Below, piece after piece: positions 1 through 8,714 of a DNA stretch of 64,000 nt. The notes under the pieces were generated by a model. That model was given only the letters and a program-made list of their open reading frames with translations. It had not been told where the DNA came from and made no database searches. Location: the NCBI GenBank assembly GCA_021813145.1, contig JAKALS010000001.1, positions 3,515 to 67,514 on the forward strand, given 5' to 3'. The position numbers and the translations under genes are program-made. The stretch is from a bacterium (lineage in GTDB: Bacteria; Patescibacteriota; Microgenomatia; Levybacterales; UBA12049). Position 1 is the stretch's first letter. Each line of letters begins with the position of its first letter.

Positions 1-348
1 GCGGTAATAATTTTGCTTTTTCCCCTCACCAGGAAAATTGTTTTAGTAAAAGATGAAAGCCAAAGTTTATCTTTTAAATCAAAAGAGGGATTACTTTTTT
101 TATTCGGACAGTCATCGGGAGGAGCTTCCGAGCTTCTTATAACTTTTTCGGTATCGCTTGCCACTCCTGCCCTTGTCAATTCCCTGCAGGGCAGCCAATA
201 TTTATTTCTTTTTATCGCGGGTTTATTCTTGGGAAAAAGATTCCCCGAGATTTTTAAAGAAGAGCATACTCCGCTAAAAACCAGCCTTAAGGTGGCCGGA
301 ATTGCCTGCATAACAGTCGGTTTATACGCCTTAGCCTTCTACAGGTAA
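1..348 (+). CDS. partial CDS (5-prime end outside the window): C-terminal part of a polytopic membrane protein, family not recognised
   Basis: ORF is open to the window edge in frame 1. Hydrophobic stretches LLFLFGQ, YLFLFIAGLFLG and VAGIACITVGLYALAF. Confidence 0.3.
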   Translation, partial: AVIILLFPLTRKIVLVKDESQSLSFKSKEGLLFLFGQSSGGASELLITFSVSLATPALVNSLQGSQYLFLFIAGLFLGKRFPEIFKEEHTPLKTSLKVAGIACITVGLYALAFYR

Positions 349-383
349 AATTTCCCCATTTTATGGTATACTTAAGCTCACAA

Positions 384-455
384 GGCGCGGTGGCGAAGTG
401 GTAACGCACCTGTCTGCAGAACAGGCATTCGTCGGTTCGAATCCGATCCGCGCCT
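384..455 (+). tRNA. tRNA-Cys (anticodon GCA)
   Basis: Hand-folded cloverleaf. Acceptor GGCGCGG pairs with CCGCGCC. Anticodon stem CCTGT/ACAGG with loop CTGCAGA gives GCA. T-loop TTCGAAT. U73 discriminator, as expected for tRNA-Cys. Length 72 nt. Confidence 0.8.
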
Positions 456-499
456 CATACCTCAGTTTTGATGAATTTTATCTCCTAAATTTTTTGAGT

Positions 500-865
500 A
501 TGGAAGAAGAATTAAAAACCGAAAAAGAAGAACGAAGGCGTGAGAACGCAGAATCCGTTTCAAGGCTTGAGGAGGAAATAAAAGCCGGAGAGTGGAAGAA
601 CCTGAAAAGGTTCGAGGCTTACAGGCAAAGAAGCAGGCAGGGAAGAATAATTGCCACCCATAAGGCACTTTCCAACAGAATTAAACAGCTCGAGTATCTT
701 TTTTATCAAATGGTAGCAAATAATCCCAAAAAGTCCCTAAAGCTTTTGACGGAGATTAAAAGGTTAAGATTTCTTTTGGATTATTTGCTTAATGCTTTAA
801 TTTGGGAAGAGCGGGGAGAGATAGAGGAGCACGACGTGCCCGAAGAACTCGAAGGAAGTTTTTAG
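500..865 (+). CDS. hypothetical charged, coiled-coil-like small protein
   Basis: ORF 398-865 trimmed to the first ATG downstream of tRNA-Cys (MEEELKTEKEERRRE...). Glu/Lys/Arg-rich. Stop codon abuts the tRNA-Ile. Confidence 0.35.
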   Translation: MEEELKTEKEERRRENAESVSRLEEEIKAGEWKNLKRFEAYRQRSRQGRIIATHKALSNRIKQLEYLFYQMVANNPKKSLKLLTEIKRLRFLLDYLLNALIWEERGEIEEHDVPEELEGSF

Positions 866-937
866 TGGGTCGTGATAGAATCGAACTATCTGCCTCTTCT
901 TTATCAGAGAAGCGTTCTACCAGTGAACTAACGACCC
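866..937 (-). tRNA. tRNA-Ile (anticodon GAU)
   Basis: Reverse complement folds as GGGTCGT..ACGACCC acceptor stem. D-stem GTTC/GAAC. Anticodon stem CTTCT/AGAAG with loop CTGATAA gives GAT. T-stem GATAG/CTATC with loop TTCGATT. Confidence 0.8.
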
Positions 938-979
938 GGAATGAACCTATTTTACCAAAGAATTACAGGCTAAACAACT

Positions 980-1432
980 ATGACACCTGAAAGAAAAGCG
1001 CAATCGGACACACTGAGACAAGAAGATATTCTAAAATATTCTGCAGTTTATATAGAAAGATTGGTATCGAAAATAGAGCGTAGAACTCCACATTCGGCAA
1101 GCATCTTGAGAGGTCAAATTCAGTCGGGTTTTGGAGATTTTACTCTCGCAGAGTCAAATTTTATTATTGAAAGAACACAGACTAACGAAAAATCTTTCGT
1201 TTTGGTCTCTTTAACAAGGTTCCCTTTAGATACTGCTGACGGTGTAATAAGCGAAGGGATAAGGTTTAAAATCGCGAATCCAAAACTCACGGCTGATGAG
1301 GGTTTTATAGAGTATCATATTGCAAAAAAGGATAACCAAACTTTGGTTTCTGTAAATAAAAAGGAGACCTTAAAGTTAATAAGAAGTTTTATTGCCAATA
1401 TTCAGCAACATGAACCCCCTTTATCCGGATAA
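980..1432 (+). CDS. hypothetical protein
   Basis: 150-aa ORF in good coding context with no recognisable motif. Confidence 0.4.
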   Translation: MTPERKAQSDTLRQEDILKYSAVYIERLVSKIERRTPHSASILRGQIQSGFGDFTLAESNFIIERTQTNEKSFVLVSLTRFPLDTADGVISEGIRFKIANPKLTADEGFIEYHIAKKDNQTLVSVNKKETLKLIRSFIANIQQHEPPLSG

Positions 1433-1456
1433 AAATTCCTGCTATAATTTCTCCTT

Positions 1457-2206
1457 GTGGAACAAAGGGATATGAACGCAGAACTGATTGCGCAACAGGA
1501 AAAAGTAAATAAATATGTAGAGGTAAATAAAGTCGAAGCAAACAGCTTTGAAGGCGCTTGCGGAGACGGAAGGCCCGCGGCAGAAGGTACCGTAAGCGGA
1601 AGAGTGAGAAAATTCGGATCCGACATCGGTGACTTAATGGCAATCAAGGCGGCCTTAAATATAAAAGGAAAAGAAATTACCGCACATGACCTCGTTTTAA
1701 AATACTCAAAAGCAATAAAAGAAATAAGGGGAGAAGATTCGGTAATAGACTGGCATACCGACGAACACAGTTTATATGAAGGCGGAATAGGCTGCGGACA
1801 TGCGGCAAAGGCCGTAGCCGGTATTCAGGAAAATTTAAGACCCGAAGAGGTAAAAGCAATCTGGGATGAGGTAACGTCGGGAAATAACGAAAGAAGTGTT
1901 CTTAAGGGAGGACACGCCGAAGAGGCTGTTCTTTTAGTTCACGGGGATAAATTTTCGGTTAACTCGACAGACGGAACTAATATGTTTTTTGTCGTAGATG
2001 TGGACAGAGCCTTGGGATTTTTGGATAAGGTTGTGCCTCTTTTGGGAATAGAGGGGTTAAGCCCAGACGAGGTTAGAGCACAGTGGAATTTACAGATGCA
2101 AAAAACAGCCGGGGCTTTGGCAGCAGGGAAAAATATGTTTGATATTGACTTTGAAGAAAACGGAGACTTTAAAACCTCTTTTGCGGGAGCTGTTCCACAA
2201 AAATAG
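1457..2206 (+). CDS. hypothetical protein with conserved-looking Cys/His clusters (CGDGR, WHTDEH, GIGCGH)
   Basis: 249-aa ORF. Possible metal-binding motifs. Family not recognised. Confidence 0.45.
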   Translation: MEQRDMNAELIAQQEKVNKYVEVNKVEANSFEGACGDGRPAAEGTVSGRVRKFGSDIGDLMAIKAALNIKGKEITAHDLVLKYSKAIKEIRGEDSVIDWHTDEHSLYEGGIGCGHAAKAVAGIQENLRPEEVKAIWDEVTSGNNERSVLKGGHAEEAVLLVHGDKFSVNSTDGTNMFFVVDVDRALGFLDKVVPLLGIEGLSPDEVRAQWNLQMQKTAGALAAGKNMFDIDFEENGDFKTSFAGAVPQK

Positions 2207-2208
2207 TT

Positions 2209-2862
2209 TTATTTTGCAGACATAGTTCCGGAAGTGTTAAACGGAGCGGGTGTTTGATTCTGATTTACAAAGAATAGGCTTCCTGTACTCGTTTTTAATA
2301 CCGACTGGGCAACTCCCTGCGCCGTAACTGCTGTTTTTGGAAGGAAATCCAAAAGCGTACTTCCTGTTGCAGTTGGCGCTTCCGTAAATGTGATTGTTGC
2401 TATAGTTCCGTTCCCCGATACGCCTTTTTGTCCGAGAGGGACTCCCAAAGCCAGGGAAATTCTCCCGTTTTGCTGATCCACATTTTTAAGAAGCACAACG
2501 GGATTTTGTATAAAACTTCCGGGAGCAATCTGTACATTTAGAAGGACCTTAGGGTCAAATGATAACTCAAGCTGGGTAGCGGTAATCTTATCTGTTCCGC
2601 TTGAAATATTAACTTGTGTGGTATATGTGTTAAGACCTGTTTGTTTGGGGGCAGCTAATGTCAATTCGGTATGTGCATAGGGAGGAAAAAGAACTTTATT
2701 TGGAGTTGTCGTAGGCGAAGGGGGAACTATTTTTTGTGTATAAACGGCAAGTCCCAAAAGAACAAGAGTGACTGCGACGAGAAACGTTAAAAATACAACA
2801 GTTTGCTTTGGTAACCCTTTTTTTGCTGTTTGTGGAGTTGTCTGGACAGGTTTATTTTCCAT
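2209..2862 (-). CDS. membrane-anchored protein with a putative cohesin-like beta-sandwich domain
   Basis: N-terminal signal anchor (VVFLTFLVAVTLVLLGLAVY). C-terminal region LELSFDPKVLLNVQIAPGSF...GTIATITFTEAP resembles cohesin domain signatures. Sits directly upstream of two dockerin-bearing proteins. Confidence 0.4.
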   Translation of the reverse strand: MENKPVQTTPQTAKKGLPKQTVVFLTFLVAVTLVLLGLAVYTQKIVPPSPTTTPNKVLFPPYAHTELTLAAPKQTGLNTYTTQVNISSGTDKITATQLELSFDPKVLLNVQIAPGSFIQNPVVLLKNVDQQNGRISLALGVPLGQKGVSGNGTIATITFTEAPTATGSTLLDFLPKTAVTAQGVAQSVLKTSTGSLFFVNQNQTPAPFNTSGTMSAK

Positions 2863-2920
2863 AAACTAATTAAATGATAAATAATCGCTATTCAATAGTC
2901 AATAGTAATAGTCTTAATAA

Positions 2921-5089
2921 CTAATCTCCGCTTTGTACGGAATACTCCCGTACAAAAAGATTATAGTCAAATTTATTTACAACCCCATTGTCATCAAGGT
3001 CAGAATTGATAATATAGCTCGGGTTACTGTTGCAGAGTTGGTGGTTATCTACATTGGCAACATCCGGGTCGTTAATGCAGCTTAAGAGAATATTATAGTC
3101 GGTTATATTTAAAACATTATCTCCGTTTACGTCTCCCGCAACAAGGTTAACCTGGGGCATCTGTGCGGTCTGTCCGGCAGCAATATTTTGTATTCCCGGA
3201 ATAAGCCTTCTTAAATGTCCGTCGGATTTTACTTTAATAGTATAATTTCCCGTTACAAAATTTCCTCCAAGGTCAACCGTTCCGGTAAATATACCTGTTC
3301 CCGCGTTGTAATTTATTGAGCCTAATTTATCTACCACCTGATTGTTATTACTGTCAAACACCCAAACCTCGACATTTCTGTTAGGATGAACAGGATTCTG
3401 ATTTGAAGAGCTCGGATTAGGATTTTCGTTGTCTCCTACAGATCCTATTGCATCCATTCCTACTTTAAGAGCCAGAAGTGTATCTCCCGGAGCAGGGGAA
3501 GCGGTAGGCGCCGGGCTTGAAGTAGGCGTAGGCGTTGGAACTTGGCAGGATCCGTTATAGCAGGCGACCCCGTTTGCGCAGGATGCATTGCATGACTGGT
3601 TATAAACATTTACCGGATTGCACTGGGAGCTGTTTACGTTATATGTGTTATAAACGCATGTCTCGGTTCCGCTTGCCGCTCCGCAGGCATTTACCTGGCT
3701 TGGCTGGCAAACCGCCTGGCTGCAATCCGCGATTCCGACTCCTTGAGAACTTCCATTACAATCCGGAGTGGGAGTCGGGCTGGGAGTGGGCGACGGACAG
3801 GTAGCCGCTGTAAATGTTCCCTGAGCGCTTTGTGCATTTGTTCCTAAAGTATAGACATACCATTGGAATTGGTGTCCTTGATTAAATCCGCACGAATATC
3901 CGGTTCCCGATTGGAGAGGGTCTGTGCATTGTGTAAAGTTATAGGTTGCTCCATTTGAGGGATTTTTAACGGTAGTGTCTCCTGCCTGTCTTGGAGAATA
4001 AAAACTGTTTGCCGTTCCGCTCCCATACTGGTAGGGCCCCCACCACTGATTTGCGGTTACATCATAGTATTTAATATAAACTCCGCTTCCGTCGGTAGGC
4101 CTTGTCCAAGTAAAGTATGTAGAGGACACATTGGCATCGTTTCCGGCTGTGTTTGCGGGATATCCTACTCCGCAATAAGTTTGCTGATTAAGGTTTGTTG
4201 CAACGGAATTGCTGGGAGAAGCAGTAGGGCTAGGAGACGGAGTTTGCCCAATAGGTGTGGATGTAGGAGCAGGAGTGCTTGCACAGGATGCTGTTGTAAA
4301 AGGCTGACCGTTTACCTGAACTCTTGCCCCGGATGTATTTACATATGTCATATACCAGGTCACTGTTTGTCCTTCTCTAAATCCGCAACTGTAGCCTGTT
4401 GTTAACCCCGAACATTGATTGAAATTAAATCCGTTATTTGTTGTCCCGGCTTTAAAAGGTGTTGTAATACTTGTTGACGAACCGGAAGTATAAGGACCAT
4501 AGGTATTATAGTCTGTAGTTATCTGATATTTGATTAAATATTGGGGATTAGAGGACGCGTCCGAAGGTTTCGTCCAGCTGAAAGTAGAAAATACAACACA
4601 TTGTCCGCCGCTTGTGCTACTCGAGCAGTTTCCGTTTGTGCAGTACTGCGCATAGCTTGTTCCGGTAGGGATCCCTTGAGGAGTAGTCGGATTGGGAGTC
4701 GGACTTGAAGGATTTATTACGGGTGTAGATACTGGTGTAGACACAGGCGTAGCGGTGGGGGCAGGTGTAGGTGTTTTATCTATATAGCACGAAACATCTC
4801 CCGCAGATCCTCCTACCGTTGCGGCACAATGGTAGTCAACAGGGCATTGATATTGATTATAAGCGGTTCCAGAACTGTTGCACTGTTGATAACCTCTCGG
4901 CAAACTGCCACCGCAAGTTTGGAAACCGGGCGTGCATGTAGAGGCATGTTGTTGGGTATTTTGCTGTTGTTGGGCTACCAAGACTGTTAGGGGGACAGCT
5001 GCTGCGATAATAAGAATGGCTAAAGCTGTAACCGTTCTTGTATGGCCAGGGGTCTTAAAAAACTCAACAAACCTTTTTAAAGGATTCAT
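2921..5089 (-). CDS. large secreted Cys-rich, Thr/Pro-linker protein with a C-terminal dockerin-like (type I) domain
   Basis: N-terminal signal anchor. Many Cys and PTPTPT linkers. C-terminus has DVNGDNVLNITDYNILL and DLDDNGVVNKFDYNLFV, i.e. duplicated DxNxDGxxxxxD calcium-binding loops. Confidence 0.6.
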   Translation of the reverse strand: MNPLKRFVEFFKTPGHTRTVTALAILIIAAAVPLTVLVAQQQQNTQQHASTCTPGFQTCGGSLPRGYQQCNSSGTAYNQYQCPVDYHCAATVGGSAGDVSCYIDKTPTPAPTATPVSTPVSTPVINPSSPTPNPTTPQGIPTGTSYAQYCTNGNCSSSTSGGQCVVFSTFSWTKPSDASSNPQYLIKYQITTDYNTYGPYTSGSSTSITTPFKAGTTNNGFNFNQCSGLTTGYSCGFREGQTVTWYMTYVNTSGARVQVNGQPFTTASCASTPAPTSTPIGQTPSPSPTASPSNSVATNLNQQTYCGVGYPANTAGNDANVSSTYFTWTRPTDGSGVYIKYYDVTANQWWGPYQYGSGTANSFYSPRQAGDTTVKNPSNGATYNFTQCTDPLQSGTGYSCGFNQGHQFQWYVYTLGTNAQSAQGTFTAATCPSPTPSPTPTPDCNGSSQGVGIADCSQAVCQPSQVNACGAASGTETCVYNTYNVNSSQCNPVNVYNQSCNASCANGVACYNGSCQVPTPTPTSSPAPTASPAPGDTLLALKVGMDAIGSVGDNENPNPSSSNQNPVHPNRNVEVWVFDSNNNQVVDKLGSINYNAGTGIFTGTVDLGGNFVTGNYTIKVKSDGHLRRLIPGIQNIAAGQTAQMPQVNLVAGDVNGDNVLNITDYNILLSCINDPDVANVDNHQLCNSNPSYIINSDLDDNGVVNKFDYNLFVREYSVQSGD

Positions 5090-5132
5090 TACTTTTAGAA
5101 TAGTTTAAGAGGCAGCTATTTGTCAATATAAA

Positions 5133-7181
5133 CTAATTGCCGTTTTGGACAGAGTATTCTCTTAGGAAGAGGTTATAGTCATATCTGTCTACGACTCCGT
5201 TGTCATCCAAATCGGATTGAATTATATAATTCGGGTTGCTGTTGCAAAGCTGGTGATTATCTACATTGGCAATTGTCGGGTCGCTTATGCAGCTTAATAA
5301 TATATTGTAGTCGTTTATATTTATGGCATTATTATTGTCGATATCTCCTGCAACAAGGTTAACCCTTGGCATATTGTTTGTTTGTCCCCCCGTTATATTT
5401 TGTATTCCGGGTATAAGCCTTCTTAAGTGTCCGTCGGATTTTACTTTAACAGTATAAATATCTGTCGGGATTAATCCGACATCAACGCTTCCCGTAAATA
5501 TTCCAGTTCCAGCATTATAATTTATGGAACCCATTTTATCGGCTATAAGATTATTATTTTTGTCGTACATCCAGACCTCTACATTTCTTTGGGGATGTTT
5601 CGGATTTTGATTGGAAGAACTCGGGTTGGGATTTTGATGATCACCTGTTGAGCCGATTGCATCTATGCCTATATTAAGGGCAAGCAATGTGTCCGCAGGA
5701 GCAGGGGTTGCCGTTGTGGTAGGCGCAGGTGAAGAACTGCCCGTAGGATTTGGGGTTGCGGTATTGGTTGGCTTAGGTGAAGCCGTTGCCTGTGCTATGC
5801 AGGTATTGCTTGAACAGATTGTTCCCAAAGCACATGAAGGTTGACACGTAACAATGGCGTGGATCGGGTTGCAGTTTGTGCTTCCGTTATAAGTAGTATA
5901 TGTACAAGTCTTGGAACCGCTTGTAGGTCCGCAAGCATCCAACGGAGTTGCAGCGCATGTGGTGCAGTTAGTAAGAGTTGTATTACAGACCGGCAAAGGT
6001 GTAGCGGTCGGCACGGGCGTAGGAGAGACTACTCCGCAACTGCTTTGGCATTGCACCAATGAAAGATTACCTGAATTTGTTCTAACACAAGCTCCGCTGA
6101 CACAGGCATAACCTGCGGAGGTCGGAAGTGGAGTTCCACCAGAACATGTCCCCAGACAATCGCTTAATGAAAGATTACCTGAATTTGTTCTAACACAAGC
6201 TCCGCTGACACAGGCGTAGCCGGCAGAGGTAGGGATAGGTGTGGGCGCAGGTGTTGCTATATCCTTGCAGCAAACGGTTCCGGCACCGCAGGTGTATCCC
6301 GAAACAGGTTGTAAACCGTTTCCTGAAAAACAGATACTGCTCGAAATGCACGAATACGGGCAATTGGAGGTTGGCGTAGGCGCCGGAGTAACTAAATCTT
6401 TGCAGCAAACGGTTCCGGCACCGCAGGTGTATCCCGAAACAGGGGAAAGACCGTTTGCAGAACTGCAAATTGTTGTGGAAATGCAGGAATACGGGCAATT
6501 GGGGGTAGGATTGACTGTCGGTTTGGGTGTAGGGGTAGCAGTCGGTTTAGGTGTTGCTCCGCAGGACCCTCCGCAATAACTTAAGGGAACCGAAATATGT
6601 GGACCGTTCGTGCAGGTTGCTGGTGTTCCTCTGCATCCGTATGAATATTCTTCGCAGTTTGTTGTACTTGTGCAAACATAGGTTGCGTTTCCCCCGCAGG
6701 ATGCATTTGTCGTTCCTGTTCCGGAAGTGCAGGTAGAGGTCGTATTGCAAACTCCAAACGAAGCTCCGCATGATGTCCCCGAGGGACAGGTCCATCTTTG
6801 AGATGTCAGACAGCCCGTTGCATTAGCAGTACAACTTGTATGATACAGTCCGCCGTACAAACTTGTAGAACTGGTTTTGGAGCATCCAGTGCATCCGTTA
6901 GCGCTGCATTGGCTACTAAGTTGTGAAAGGCAATAAGAGGACGCTTGCGAGGAAGTATCTGAAGTTCCGGATGCAGAAAAAGTCATGCTTATGGAGTGGG
7001 ATTGAACGGAACAATCGATCGAAGTTCCCGAAGCGTGCTGTTGCGTATTTTGCCTTTGCTGGGCGACTAAAACTGTAAGGGGAACTGCTGCTGCGATGAT
7101 AAGAATTACAAGTGCGGAAACGGTTCTTGTATGGCTTGGAATAGAAATAAATTCACGGAACCTTTTTAACGGGTTTTCCAT
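5133..7181 (-). CDS. paralogous secreted Cys-rich protein with a C-terminal dockerin-like domain and internal tandem modules
   Basis: N-terminal about 50 aa and C-terminal about 180 aa are nearly identical to 2921-5089 (GDIDNNNAININDYNILL and DLDDNGVVDRYDYNLF loops). Middle contains 2 x 36-aa and 2 x ~47-aa Cys-rich repeats. Confidence 0.6.
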   Translation of the reverse strand: MENPLKRFREFISIPSHTRTVSALVILIIAAAVPLTVLVAQQRQNTQQHASGTSIDCSVQSHSISMTFSASGTSDTSSQASSYCLSQLSSQCSANGCTGCSKTSSTSLYGGLYHTSCTANATGCLTSQRWTCPSGTSCGASFGVCNTTSTCTSGTGTTNASCGGNATYVCTSTTNCEEYSYGCRGTPATCTNGPHISVPLSYCGGSCGATPKPTATPTPKPTVNPTPNCPYSCISTTICSSANGLSPVSGYTCGAGTVCCKDLVTPAPTPTSNCPYSCISSSICFSGNGLQPVSGYTCGAGTVCCKDIATPAPTPIPTSAGYACVSGACVRTNSGNLSLSDCLGTCSGGTPLPTSAGYACVSGACVRTNSGNLSLVQCQSSCGVVSPTPVPTATPLPVCNTTLTNCTTCAATPLDACGPTSGSKTCTYTTYNGSTNCNPIHAIVTCQPSCALGTICSSNTCIAQATASPKPTNTATPNPTGSSSPAPTTTATPAPADTLLALNIGIDAIGSTGDHQNPNPSSSNQNPKHPQRNVEVWMYDKNNNLIADKMGSINYNAGTGIFTGSVDVGLIPTDIYTVKVKSDGHLRRLIPGIQNITGGQTNNMPRVNLVAGDIDNNNAININDYNILLSCISDPTIANVDNHQLCNSNPNYIIQSDLDDNGVVDRYDYNLFLREYSVQNGN
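6050..6240. repeat. in-frame tandem coding repeat, 2 x 108 nt (36-aa Cys-rich module AGYACVSGACVRTNSGNLSL...)
   Basis: aatgaaagattacctgaatttgttctaacacaagctccgctgacacaggc occurs at about 6058 and again at about 6166. Period is 108 nt. Confidence 0.7.
6240..6530. repeat. in-frame tandem coding repeat, 2 x ~144 nt (NCPYSCIS...GYTCGAGTVCCKD module)
   Basis: ttgcagcaaacggttccggcaccgcaggtgtatcccgaaacagg occurs at about 6265 and again at about 6409. Confidence 0.65.
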
Positions 7182-7225
7182 TTATTCTTAGAATAGTAAA
7201 AGCGAAATACTATGTCAAGGAGAGA

Positions 7226-8131
7226 ATGAATTGCGAACATGGGGTGTATACTAAAATTATGGATAGTGGAGACATAATAAAACCGGCCCTACAGGAATTA
7301 AAGAATGCTCCAAGAGTAGAAATGGTCGCACAGAGTATTCCGAATGAAGAACATCCAACCAGAAATGAGGATTCATTTTTTTATTCTCAAAGCGAAGGTG
7401 TCTTTGCCGTTTTTGACGGAGTAAGCCATCCTGCACGCGGAGATGTTGCATCCAGACAGGCAAAAGATAGTGTCTCCTCGGAGCTTTTTAAATCACAACT
7501 TAGAGGTTTGTCTTTTGAGGAATTCACTTCCAGGGTTTATTCTTCTTTGATTAAAGCAAATGAATCGGTTTTTGCTAGGGCTCAAAGAGAAGGGGAGATG
7601 GGAACAACCGCATCGGTTGGAGCTATCTGGGAAGGTCCGGGAGGAGAAAAGAAATTACTCGTGGGGAATGTGGGAGACAGCAGAGTATACATATTCAGAA
7701 CAGGAAAGCTTACACAAGTCACATTGGACGACGGAATTGTGCGAGGGGCGGGAAAAACCGAGGAGGAAGACCGTCTGCTCCAGGCAAAATTTAATAATGT
7801 TACCGATTTGGGAAGAGACTTGCCGGACCAGTTCGAACAGCGTTTATTCCTAAGAAGAAATATTTTGACGCAGATGATAGGCGGAGAGAAAAAGGTAATA
7901 CCAAGGCTCTACCGGGTCGATTTAAAGGCAGGGGATTTGCTTTTAGCCTGCTCGGATGGTATTTCCGATAATCTCGCGGATTTTGAGATTGAAGAGATAT
8001 TAAAAACAAGCAGAAATCTGGACGAAGGAATGCATCAGCTTTTATTTGTAGCCCAGGGAAGAAGCAGAAATGAGGGAAGAGAGTTAAGGGCAAAGCCCGA
8101 TGACATGACCGGAATACTTGTTAAGGTATAA
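7226..8131 (+). CDS. PP2C-family Ser/Thr protein phosphatase
   Basis: FAVFDGVSH and GDSRVY motifs, and an LACSDGISD region, typical of PPM/PP2C metal-binding sites. True start may be an internal Met. Confidence 0.7.
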   Translation: MNCEHGVYTKIMDSGDIIKPALQELKNAPRVEMVAQSIPNEEHPTRNEDSFFYSQSEGVFAVFDGVSHPARGDVASRQAKDSVSSELFKSQLRGLSFEEFTSRVYSSLIKANESVFARAQREGEMGTTASVGAIWEGPGGEKKLLVGNVGDSRVYIFRTGKLTQVTLDDGIVRGAGKTEEEDRLLQAKFNNVTDLGRDLPDQFEQRLFLRRNILTQMIGGEKKVIPRLYRVDLKAGDLLLACSDGISDNLADFEIEEILKTSRNLDEGMHQLLFVAQGRSRNEGRELRAKPDDMTGILVKV

Positions 8132-8153
8132 ATCTTAATGTATACTCATTTTC

Positions 8154-8714
8154 ATGCTTTTGTCGGATAGAGATTTAAAAAAAGCGCTCGATTCGGGAAG
8201 AATTAAAATAAACCCCGAGCCCGATTTTCCTACACAGCTTGGTTCCTGTTCGATAGATTTGCGTCTTGGTAATACATTCCGCATTTTTGATTACAGCCGT
8301 CATGCTTTTATAGATCCGTTTAAACCTGACGAATTTACAAAAGAGATAAGAATTAAAGAGGGCGAAGCTTTCATAATCCAACCCGGAGATTTCGTTTTGG
8401 GAACAACAATAGAAAACGTAGAAATCCCGGATGACCTGGTGGGAGGGCTTGAAGGAAGGTCGAGCATGGGAAGATTGGGAATAATTGTCCACTCAACAGC
8501 CGCTACTATAGACGCGGGATGGAGAGGGCATATTACTTTGGAACTCGCAAACATGGGTAAACTTCCCGTAGCGCTTTATCCGGGAATGAGAATTTGCTCG
8601 ATTTCATTTGAAGAACTCACAAGCCCGGCAGAAGTCCCTTATTATAAAAAGAAAAATGCGAAATACGTAAACCAGAAAGGGCCGGGGGAAAGTAAAATTT
8701 CAGCCGAAAAGTAA
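8154..8714 (+). CDS. dcd: dCTP deaminase
   Basis: Near-collinear with the Dcd family: SIDLRLGN, GRSSMGRLGIIVH, DAGWRGHITLEL, KLPVALYPGMRI. Confidence 0.85.
   Translation: MLLSDRDLKKALDSGRIKINPEPDFPTQLGSCSIDLRLGNTFRIFDYSRHAFIDPFKPDEFTKEIRIKEGEAFIIQPGDFVLGTTIENVEIPDDLVGGLEGRSSMGRLGIIVHSTAATIDAGWRGHITLELANMGKLPVALYPGMRICSISFEELTSPAEVPYYKKKNAKYVNQKGPGESKISAEK

Noticed and set aside
398-499. N-terminal 34 codons of ORF 398-865 (MVTHLSAEQAFVGSNPIRASYLSF...)
   Set aside because: This stretch is the tRNA-Cys gene read as protein. CDS trimmed to the ATG at 500.
802-990. ORF 802-990 (+), 62 aa
   Set aside because: Overlaps the tRNA-Ile on the opposite strand. Arg-rich shadow translation.
1457-2206. 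Considered beta-class carbonic anhydrase for the 249-aa protein because of CGDGR and GCGH motifs
   Set aside because: Motif order and spacing do not match beta-CA (C-x-D-x-R then H-x-x-C). Left as hypothetical.
3535-4405. ORFs 3535-3804 (+), 3844-4026 (-) and 4181-4405 (+) nested inside the 2921-5089 gene
   Set aside because: Nested inside the well-supported Cys-rich gene, which has long Thr/Pro codon runs. Low-complexity Arg/Cys-rich translations typical of shadow ORFs.
6050-6530. Tandem repeats considered as a possible CRISPR array
   Set aside because: Units are 108 and 144 nt, in-frame and coding. No short repeat-spacer periodicity. No CRISPR array found anywhere in the window.
5841-6795. 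ORFs 5841-6111 (+), 6190-6498 (-), 6241-6579 (+), 6547-6795 (-) and 6551-6736 (+) inside 5133-7181
   Set aside because: Lie in the tandem-repeat region of the surface-protein gene. Repeats generate open frames on both strands. No independent signal.
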